Assembly (NCBI GenBank): GCA_013265495.1
Contig: MU057701.1
Span: 434,001-498,000 of the forward strand
Length of the DNA: 64,000 nucleotides
Source: Vicugna vicugna
Lineage: Eukaryota
Reading direction: 5' to 3'
Made by a program: the position numbers and the translations under genes
Part shown: positions 13,089 to 22,900 of the stretch, piece after piece
Position numbering within the stretch: the first letter of the stretch is position 1
How the letters are laid out: each line of letters begins with the position of its first letter
Notes under the pieces: generated by a model
Seen by the model: the letters and a program-made list of their open reading frames with translations, nothing else
Databases searched by the model: none
What the model was told of the DNA's origin: nothing

Positions 13089-15418
13089 AGAATTATTCAA
13101 AAGTATTACCCCACCCACCCTTGAAGTGATAGCTCACTAAGTTTTATGTTGCTTCTAGTCAATGCTACAGAAATAATCCTGACTACACCCATCAATTTAA
13201 ATGAACTATAAACTGGTGTAGTCTCACTCTCCACACGTATCATAGTTCTCACCTAGAAAACATTTCAAAATACTACTTAGAAATCAAATTATATTTGCAT
13301 GTACACTTATCTAAGTGTACTAAAATAAACAACCATAACAATTTGTTTATAACTTTTAAGTAGCTCCTCCCCCTCTCCTATTCAATCAACAAGTTGATAA
13401 ACTTGGCCTAAATATCCTATGCATTTAAAACAACAGGCAAAGGTCCTTATTTCTTGTGCTAGGCCTGAATTTGGAGTCTTATATATAGGCTGACAGACAA
13501 TTACACACTAATTTGCATTTAATATTAATACCAAGCCTGCTCTTAAACAGAGAACAAAAATGCATGTGTAAGATCTGGTCTACTTATTTGTAGGTCCTTC
13601 TGCAATATTCTTAGCCTTTCATGGACATGCTGTATATTTTTAAACTACACAAGGCCCTATGCAAGCATCGTTCCCCTCTCCAGTAAAACAATGGACGATC
13701 CATAAATGTTTACAGACTTTAAAACAATGTAGATTGAATATTTATGGTATTAGAAATGAAAGTTCTTGCTAACAAGTGCAAAAAATCAAGTTTACCAACT
13801 ACAGAAAGGTACTTACTGATTCCCCAAAACTACAGCCTTACCTAAAAATAGTGTCCTAGCTTCCCAGCCAAAAGGACAGACTAAAAAAGCTATGTCTTTA
13901 TTCAGCTCAAAGACACAGACTCCTACTTCACCACAACCTTCAATACTATGGTATTTCCCATTTTAGAATGCTTTGTGTAACAACCTGTTTGGTGGCCAAC
14001 CACCAACTTCACTTTGAAGTGAATACTAACACTTCACGTGGTTTGCATGTGTGGGAATTGTGGAAAATGTCTTCACACAATTCAGGCCAAACAACACTAG
14101 CCACACAAGACTACCTATTTCTAAATATTCTATTATAGACTACAAACAAACATCTCCATAAGGCAAAAAGTAGATTACTGGTTCCTTCCACAAAGAAATC
14201 TGTAAAAAAAAAAAAAAAAAAAAGAAAGAAAGAAAAAAAGACAAAAGGTACAGATTGGGAGGTCTAAGGCATGAATATGCCTCCATCTGTAAACTGAAAA
14301 TAAATAAATTTTAAAATCCATTTGCTTTGCCAAGAATAAAAATAAAAATATACGTGATACACACAAGCACTGCTGAGTTTCAAACACAAGCAAATGTGGT
14401 GTATGCACTTACAAAAGGATCTTGGTTTATGTCCACCTTCCTTTCCCAAGTTTTTTTTTAAAGGCAAAAATGTCAATTGTATGCCTTAATCTGGAAAAAA
14501 ATAAAGCACAGCTTATTCTTCTTAAACAGATGTGTGATAGAGATGAAAAGTTTGAGTGGATTTCAAAATACAAAGGCTACCCATATGTGTTAAAGAAAAA
14601 ACAAAAAAACCTGCAGTAACCAATCCACCATAACAACTTACATTGTCTCAATAAACCATAGTAAAATATTTTTAAAGTTGAGAAAATTGCTTGTGAAAAA
14701 TTTTAAATTAGCAAATCTCTCTCCTTCTCCCCAGTACAGATTCTATCTATTCACTGACTCTATATCAATAATGTTCTATAAATCCAAAGCCTTATCGGTT
14801 AGATTAAATAAACAACACTTTGAATTCACACACTATGTGGGACCAGAAAATGACAACCCAGCCTTATCCCTAATAAGCTAAACAATATTCAACATTATCA
14901 TTTTTATTTCAAAATAACTATGAGAGAGACAAGTACTATTCATTCCATTTTTCAGAAAACAAAGGCAGAATCTGCCTAAAATAATTCTTTCTAATGGAAA
15001 AGGTGTACTTTATATGAGTCTCCAAAACTGGACACACAAAATCCACATACACAGTCACTAACACTCAATGTAGAGTAAGTGATGGACACCAAAACACAGA
15101 TAAAATTAAGACACTCAATTAATTACTCAAGGAAATTTAAATAGACAAACTATAATTACCCCTGATGAAGATACTGATCAAGGATGGCTACAAGTAACAC
15201 TTGGCTCCAGATAAACTCCACTATGTTGGAGCCACTGAAAAGTTTGGTACACTTGACAGTTTTCTTTTCTAAATCTAGCCCTGCCTCTACATACATTTGA
15301 CTTAGTGAGTGATATGGAAATAAAGATGGCCCCAAATTACTTAGTTTTAGCCTTACCCTTACGACTTGATTAAAATAAAGAAAGAAAAAAGGTAAATCAT
15401 TTTTAACTGCAGTCTCAC

Positions 15419-15477
15419 CTTACACATCTCACCAGCACTGTAGTTCTTTAGTGATCAATTATTACTTCATCCAATTC
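15419..15477 (-). other. HELZ: Non-coding exon 2 (5' UTR) of probable HELZ
   Basis: Acceptor cttttctatttgcctcag| and donor TGTGTAAG|gtgaga give a 59-nt exon. Alternative donors would give 45 or 54 nt. Confidence 0.65.
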
Positions 15478-16801
15478 CTGAGGCAAATAGAAAAGTAAAA
15501 TGTGTCTATACACCACCAGTAATAGACATGATCAGTAGCAAATATTTTATCAGCCTGAAGTGAAAAGGCATCTACATTTCAAATGGAAAAAGTTACCACA
15601 ATGGTACATTATGCAGCTTTGTAAATGAGTTTGTTTTACTTTAAAATAAAAAATTTTCTCTCTGTGTAACAAAAGATTATAAAATGCTTTTAAAATCCAA
15701 AACATAAAAAAGTCATCTCTTACAGCACTGACCTTACTTTCTAAAAAAAGAAGAAGGAGAAGGAGAAGAGAAGTTAAAGAAAAGAAATCTCATTAATATG
15801 AGCTGAAGAGAGGGCAAAATTAAGAACAAACTAGCCAGGCCAACTCCCTCCTCCCCCTACACACGCCCAACTCTAGGAATCCACTGTCTCTGGAGTTATA
15901 CATATTATATTAATGATTTGCCTGAAAAGTGTAAGTTGGGAGAGAGAAGGAATTCTGAGTTTCAAACAACACCTGAGGATCCCAGTCCAAGAAGAATCCT
16001 ATGACCCTGATTTCCAGCCCTGGCTGGAGGATCCTCAGCAAAGGGGAGGGTGCAGGAGGCTCAAATATTCTAGGGGGAGAGGAATCAAAGTCCCCTAAAT
16101 AAAACTGCAGTCCCTTAGCTCTAGAATAGGGGAGTCTTGAAGGAATCTCCAGGAAAGGATAGTCTGTTTTTATTTTTGTTGATGTACTTGTGGGCCAATG
16201 AGAATTTCCGAGGAGGGGGCGGAGAAAGGGGCGAAGAAAGTGAAGCTCAGGCAACAGCCCTCGGCGGGGGGTGAGGGGGCGCACCCCTGACCCACTTTTC
16301 CCGAATCCCACCCTCCGGCGCCTGCCCCTACCCTAGGTGGAAGTCCGAGCCCCGAGGGGGCAATCGAGCGGGGCGTGGGAGGCCCGCACGCTCCCCACCC
16401 CCAGCCGCGACCCGGAGGAGGGGAGCGTGCAAGGAGGCTCGACTCCCCCTCCCGGAGTGCCCGGGGCTGGACAAACCTCCTGCAGGCTCGCGGCCCGGGT
16501 CTGCAAGGCCCCCTCCAAGGCCTGGGCCGAGGGCGCCGCGGCCCCCAGCGGAGGGGAAGGGGACCGAGGAGGGGAAGAAGCTGTAAACAGCTCCAGCGTC
16601 CGGGCCTCGCCTCGAAGAGCCCCGCTTCCCAGGCCCCGCCGCGGGCCGCCTGGGCTCCCGGCCCGCCCCGGGGCCGCCCCTCCCGGGACCTGGGGGGCCA
16701 GAGGGGAGTCCAGTCCCCTCCCCGGAGGGCTCTGGCAGCTCGCCGAGCGGTCTCAGCAGCAGAGAAGGGGGAAGTCAGGACTTACCTGTCATTACTTTCT
16801 A

Positions 16802-16811
16802 CGCCATCTTG
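16802..16811 (-). promoter_or_regulatory. YY1 motif overlapping an upstream AUG
   Basis: Minus strand CAAGATGGCG, the YY1 core typically found just downstream of housekeeping TSSs. Confidence 0.65.
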
Positions 16812-16834
16812 GATCCACTTGTCAACGTCCCCAC

Positions 16835-16850
16835 AAAGCATTATGGGTAA
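16835..16850 (-). promoter_or_regulatory. ZNF143/Staf binding motif
   Basis: Minus strand TTACCCATAATGCTTT matches the SBS core (TACCCATAATGC) at the presumed TSS. Confidence 0.65.
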
Positions 16851-19159
16851 GAAAGAGCCTTTAAAGTGACTCCCCCCCTCGGCCCCCGACTCCCGCCTCC
16901 CGCCGCCGGCGCCGCCCCTCCGGCCGCACCTCCCGCGCGGAAAGTTGCCCCGGGTGGCGGGCCTGCCCCGGCGCCGGCAGCCCGGCCCCCTCCTCTCTTC
17001 TGCACTGTTTGCTTTTAAGATTCACCCCCATTTTTTAAACGTGGCTTTGGATCTTTCCCATTGCTCCAGCCCCTGGCCTCCCTCCCCCCCACCTCTCGCC
17101 TCCAAGCCTGTTCCCTTTGCCCCGCCGCCCTCCGGTCCTGGCAGACACCCCACGTCTGCATTTAATCAGCTCGAGGTTTCCCTGCTGCTGGCAGCAAAGA
17201 GCTGCTCATTGATTTATTTATGCGCATTTATGCGTCTGTTATTGCTCTAGATCCTTGGTGCACGGCTGCGGGCTCCTGCTTCCCGCCCCCAAGCAGCCGG
17301 GGGTCGCCTTCGGGGCCCGGTAGTCCGGCAGCCCTGCAGCCTGGCCGGCGCTCTGACTGCCGCATCCGCGGACGGAAAGGTATCTCTGACCGCTCCGGGG
17401 CCGTCGGGCTCCGGGATCTGGGCGGACACTGTGTCCCGGACTCTACCGGCATCGCAGCGCGTTTAGCGGGGGAGGGATGGGGAGTAATAAGCTAAATGCA
17501 ACTTTTAACCCTGTTTACTCTCCCTGCCGCTGTCTCCTCCCCTCGGCCAGTAACGCGATCCGCGACCCTCTGAGTAGGGACCCCTCCCCTAGGAATGTGA
17601 CTGTGGGCTCTGCCACTTTTGTAAATCCACTTTTACAGCCCGGGCTGCTTGCAGACTGGGGACTTCCCCGGACAGGTAACTCGGGGGCGCAAACTGCGGG
17701 CTCCTGCCCCAGCGCAGAGGTGCGCCAGAGTCCGGAGGGAGGTCCCGGAGAGGGTCCGGGGCCGAGAGGAGCGTGGGCCGGCCCGAGTCCACCTGCCAGG
17801 TCCCAGCAGGGCGGCGAGCGCAGGCGACCGGGCGAAGTGAGGACTGCGGGCGCCACTGCCAACCAAGGCTCGTTGGAGGATGCTCGGAGTCGCCTGACTG
17901 AGGCGGGTGCGCTAGAAATAAGGGGCGCCGAGACGTAAGCCTGGGACCCAGGCGGGCGACCCCGCAGCCCACGCCCGCTGCCTGGGCCTCTGCTCCAGCG
18001 GGAGGACTGATTGCAGGAGAGCCGATCTCTCTCCCCGATACTCGCCACCCGCTTTCGGTTGCGCGGGCGAGCAAAGTGGTCCCCTTGCCCCTCGAAGCCC
18101 GTTGGTTAGTCCCCCGCGCTCTCACTTCCCATTGCCTCTGGTCTCTGATTTACAGACTTTGGGGGCCTACTCTGGCTGCTTTCCACCACCTCCCCAAGCA
18201 AATTTTTACAAAGAAGTGTCCAAGGAAAAATCCTCCAGGACATGGAGACTTGCGAAACTGTATTCGGTATAAAATGCTATTGAGTGGCTCTGAAATCAGA
18301 AGAATGCGCGGGGGGCATTAAACGCCCCCTTCGGCTCTCGCGGAGAGCCTGGGGCCTTGGGGTCGACTCAAGAGTTTCACTCTCTTCCAGACCCTACGAG
18401 AAACCTCTCTCGAGGAACCTGGACGGTTGCTGACATACATAAGCCCTGCCCCCGGGGAGCTAAAAAACTCCACCGGGCAATTGTCCCGGCCAAATGAGAA
18501 GAGTGGGGTGTAGACTCATTACGGGATTGGCCCGGGGTCAGCGCTGAGGGAGGGAGCGAGGTAATGAGTCACTCCAGGCCGGCGAGAACGCGGCGTGCCG
18601 GGAGGGACCTCCCCTGAGTCACCCGCTTCCCTGAGCCGAGTGAGTTGGGAAACTGGAGCCTGGAGCCAGGTTCTTAGACAATCCAGCGCCCGCCGCCACG
18701 CGGGGCCGTGGGCTGGGGGCGGGGAGGCAGAGCCCCTCGCGACCTTCAGCCTGCTGGAAAATGGGCTGGCCCTCCCGTCTAGAGGAGATTCCAAAGTCTC
18801 CTCTTTGCAGGGCAGCCAGTAGCTGCGTTTCCAGGCCCCCTTATGCACCTAGCCACTCCTGTGCACTTACTGAATGGTTGCTTTGTGTTTACTCGGCAAT
18901 CTTTATGCGTGTGGTCTGAGTTTCCTATAATTCAACGAGAGCGTAAGCCGAGGGTGAGGACTGTACCTCCCTGACATTTCTTCAGTAGGTACCTTTCTTG
19001 GCCTTGAATTGGCCTGGACCCAGAGAAGAGCTGGATATATGTGCCTGCCAGACCCACCCGTTCATCCAGTCCAGGGTGCTTCCTGGTCCATACTTGTCCA
19101 AGACACCTCCTGAAGCCTGAGCTAGAAACCCCCCCCCTTAACTCTTCTCCCTGCCTCTA

Positions 19160-19690
19160 CTCTGCCCCCTACAGTCTATTCCCCATCTGACCAACCCAGT
19201 GAGGTTAGCGAAATGTTAATAGTATCACGTGACTCCTCTGCTTAACTCCAACAAAGGCCACAGGATCACACTTAGAAAAAAACCAAATTCCTAACCATTG
19301 CCTACAAGGTCCTGTGCGAGGTGGCTTCTGCGTCCTCACCCTCATTGTGATCAGCGCACTGGCCTCCTGCCTTCCCGTCAGCAAGCTTCGCTCAGATCCC
19401 ACAGATCTGATGATCCTCATCTGTTTAGCACTCAGGTCTCAGCTCAAATGTCACCTCCTGGAAGAGGATTTTCCTGATCCCCTGAACCAAAGCAGGTCAT
19501 TCTGTCTTCTTTGACCCTGGATTAGAAATGTTCTTGTTTGTCTCTTGTTGATTATTTATTATCTGCCCCACCCCCGTTGGAGTATAAGCTCCATCAGGGC
19601 AGAGGTCTCAGCGAGCTTGTCCACCCAGTGTCTAGACCCGGGCCTGGCACGTATAGAGATGTTCAGCAAATACTCACTGAATGAATGACC
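19160..19690 (+). mobile_element. L2 3' fragment
   Basis: ctcagctcaaatgtcacctcc...aagctccatcagggcag...cctggcacgt...tgaatgaatga terminus. Confidence 0.8.
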
Positions 19691-19959
19691 AAACTTTTAT
19701 GAGAGCAAGGAGTGGTGGTGAAAGAGTGCAGAAGCCTAGAATGAGCAGCTGAGGGCCCTGCCCTTGCGTCTGACCACTCGGATTGCACACAGCTGGAGGC
19801 AGGCAGGTAGGAATGGACTTGGGAAAAACAGGCCTCTTGGCCACCATTGATGGTACTCCATTCTGATTCTGACCTCCTGAACCACAGCCTCAAATAATTC
19901 CCCAGTCACACTCCTCTTCCTTCCCTCTTTTTGTCTTCCCCTCACTGGCCACACCTTAT

Positions 19960-20725
19960 TCTTTTCAGCCCTAAGTCTCAGTCCTTGGGTCTCTCTTACT
20001 CCACTACACCCCCTCCCTTCTCCTTCAGTCTTAAGGCTTTAATAAAATACCATCTTTATCCTGAGGAAGGGCTCCAAACCCATAGCTGAAGCCCAGAGCT
20101 TTCTCCTGACCCAACAACTTGAAACTTTCACAGACATCGTAAATTCAACACATCCAGAACTGAATTGACTTCCTCCCACAGACATGCTCCACCACTGTCT
20201 TCCCTGGCTCCATCATTGGTAACTCCATCCTTCACATGGCCCAGGCCACAGTGACGCCTGTCTTTCTCTCAAACCTCACCTTTAATCCATCTGCAAACCC
20301 TGCTTTACCTTCAAAATGTGTCAGCATTGACTGTTTCTCATCACCTGCACTGTGGCCATTCTGATCCAATGCACTTTAATCTCCTCCCCCGTCCAGTGTA
20401 TTCCCCCCAGGGCCATCACACCAATCCTGATAAAGTGCAGATCAGACCTTATCACTCCTCTGCTCACAACCCTCTAGTTTCTACTCGTCTCATTCAGAGG
20501 AGAAATTAGAGTCCCACACAATCTGCCTCTGATGTGTTTGATCTCATCCCCCACCTCTCTCCCTCTGGCTCTGTTTCAGCTGTACAGTCTCCTTTTTGAG
20601 TGTTTCCTCTTCCAGTAACACTGTCTCTCCCAATATCCACATGGCTCACTCCTCCGCCTCCTTCAAGCTTTGCTCATCCCAATGAGTCCCTCTCTTACTA
20701 TTCTATTTAAAATTCCAATATTCCT

Positions 20726-20756
<31 letters not shown>

Positions 20757-21258
20757 GGTATACACAATTTCCTTCCTGCCTTTTTCCAATAGCATTTATC
20801 ACCTCCTAATATAACAAATAATTTGTTACTCAGTTTCTTGTCTGTCTCCATGTGAAGAGTCAGCCTGCTGATCATCAAAGACTTGTATTTGTTTCTGGGA
20901 ACTACATTTCCCAGCTATGCCCTTGCTTCCAGCTGGGGCCATGTGACCAGTTCTTGCCAATAGACTTGGAGCAGAAGTGTGACTCTGAATGAGCTCCTGC
21001 AAATCTGCCTGACCAAAAATACATGCAAGGACTCAAAGCTCAGCAGACAATAGACCTTTATTATGTTCATCTACTGGGAACTTGTGATCTATTTGTTACA
21101 GCACTTAGCACCTTAATTACTATACCCACCAGAATGGAAGCTCAATGAAGGCAAGGACTTGTGTATGTTTTGTTCACTCATGTGTTTATCCTCAGTGGCC
21201 AGAACAGAGCTTGGCAGATAGTGGGACCCTAATAAATATTTGTTGAGTGAATGAATTA
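19960..21258 (+). mobile_element. L2 fragment interrupted by a MaLR (MLT1-like) LTR piece (~20890-21120) and a (CA)n tract
   Basis: L2 motifs (tgatcat/atcactcctctgctc, gaagctcaatgaaggcagg-like, gttgagtgaatgaat end) and MLT1-like ggccatgtgaccagttcttgccaat...tttgttacagc. Confidence 0.7.
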
Positions 21259-21419
21259 ATTCCCTTTTCCATGACCAGTCATGAAAATAAGTGAACGATT
21301 GGCAAGGAAAGGACAATGGGAAAGGAATTTTGTTTGTTTGTTTAAAGAAGTAGTAACTGAATTTCTAAAGAATGATTGACTACAAGGCTTTGTTAAAACT
21401 GAATAGAGTTCCCTCTAAT

Positions 21420-21570
21420 TTTGTTCTTCCCTGCTTCACCTTCTCTCCTCTTTTCTTCTTCCCACTTTTCTACCTCCTTCCTCTCTATTTCCCCCAAGTC
21501 CTCCTTCACTCTCCCCTTCTCCTTTTCGCTCTCTTTTCTCTTCCATGGATTTTCTTCTCTTTTTATTCCC
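21420..21570. repeat. CT-rich low-complexity polypyrimidine tract
   Basis: About 150 nt, almost entirely C/T on the + strand. Confidence 0.8.
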
Positions 21571-21994
21571 ACTTAATCTAAAAAAATAAAAATTCACTGC
21601 CTATTCATTTGAGCTACTGTGAGTACTCAACCAGGATATCTATTCTAAGTCACTTAAAATATAGACATGGGAAATAACACAGGTTAAAAAATAAAGAAAT
21701 ATTAAATCCTTGGAATCCTATATTCCCCTTCTACTTTTAAGGCCCACTTCCATTTCTTCTTGACATATAGAAAGGAAGTGATGGTGGACCAGATGACTCA
21801 GACTCACCCTCCCACTAAGGACAACTAGAACAAAATGGGTAATATATTCCTCAAAACATCTGCTCAAACACGTTTGGGAGGTTCACAAAAGTGAAGACTA
21901 CCAGGGATAGCCAGAACAGGGAGGTGATTCTAAAAGTTGGGGTCTTTGTGTCCAGGGCCTTTGGCTTTTGACAACCATTTAAGTCAAGAGTATC

Positions 21995-22900
21995 ATCTCG
22001 CACATTAGGATAACTATTATCAAAAAAACCAAAAGCAAAACAGAAAATAACAAGTGTTGGCCAGGATGTGGAGAAATTAGGACACTTGTGCATTGCTAAT
22101 GAGAATGTAAAATGGTGCAACCACTGTGGAAAACATTGAGCAGTTTCTCAAAAAAGTAAACAAAATTACCATATGACCCAGCAATGCCAATTCTGGGTAT
22201 ATACCTTAAAGAATTGAAAGCAAGGACTCAAAGAGATATTTACACACTCATATCATAGCAGCATTATTCACAGTAGCATAAAGGTAGAAGCAACCCAAGT
22301 GTCCATCAAGAGATGAATAGATTTTTTGAAACGTGCTATATACATACAATGGAATACTACTCAGCCTTAAAAAGGAAGGAAATGCTGACATGTATGTAAC
22401 ATGGGTGAACCTTGAAAACATTATATGCTAAGTAAAATAAGCCAGTGGCAAGAAAAAAATTACTGTATGATTCTATTTAAATGAAGTACGTAGAGTAGTC
22501 ACATTCTTAGACAGAAAGTGGCAAAGGTGATTGTGAGGGGGTGGGGGGAAGGGAAAATGGGGAATCATTCAGTGGATATACAGAGCTTTCAGTTCTGCAA
22601 GACGAGAAGACTTTTGGAGATTAACTGCAAAACAATGTGAATGCACTTAACGCTACTGAACTGTACACTTGAAAATGACTAAAAGGGTAAGTTCTATGTT
22701 GTGTGTTTCTTTACCACAATTTTTAAATTTTTTAATGGTTAAGGTGGTAAATTGTCAGGTAGAGGGGCAGTTAACAGCTCAGTGATAGAGCACGTGCTTA
22801 GCAGGCATGAGGTCCTGGATTCTATCCCCAGTACTTCCATTTAAAAAAAAAAAAAAAGATGGTAAATTGTATATATATTTTACCACAATTTTTTAAGCAA
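21995..22900 (+). mobile_element. L1MB-like 3' end
   Basis: aacaagtgttggccaggatgtggagaaa...aatggaatactactcagccttaaaaagg...actgaactgtacactt. Confidence 0.88.
22756..22855 (+). mobile_element. Vic-1-like SINE, short form, inserted in an L1 3' end
   Basis: tRNA-like head followed directly by poly(A). TSD aaggtggtaaattgt (22741-22755) / aagatggtaaattgt (22856-22870). Confidence 0.88.

Larger units (their letters stand above)
16786..16870 (-). other. HELZ: Non-coding first exon (5' UTR) of probable HELZ; TSS position approximate
   Basis: The minus strand reads ...GGATCCAAGATGGCGTAGAAAGTAATGACAG|gtaagt, a perfect donor at 16780-16785 inside the CpG island. Identity is inferred from recalled synteny: HELZ lies downstream of PSMD12 on the same strand and has several non-coding 5' exons. 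Confidence 0.75.
16200..18800. promoter_or_regulatory. HELZ: CpG island promoter of the minus-strand gene (probable HELZ)
   Basis: Abrupt rise in GC and CpG density. Contains GC boxes (e.g. ~16215 and ~18715), CCAAT-type motifs (~16194, ~18525), and YY1 and ZNF143 motifs next to a consensus splice donor. Confidence 0.9.

Noticed and set aside
13301..13350. Short palindromes gtacactta-tc-taagtgtac and ataaacaa...ttgtttat
   Set aside because: Stems are too short and AT-rich for a miRNA or other structured RNA call; compatible with chance in 64 kb.
15910..18848. Many long overlapping ORFs (130-180 aa) in the CpG island
   Set aside because: Pro/Gly/Arg/Ala-rich, present in several frames on both strands, and with no recognisable domain. 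This is expected from stop-codon scarcity in GC-rich DNA.
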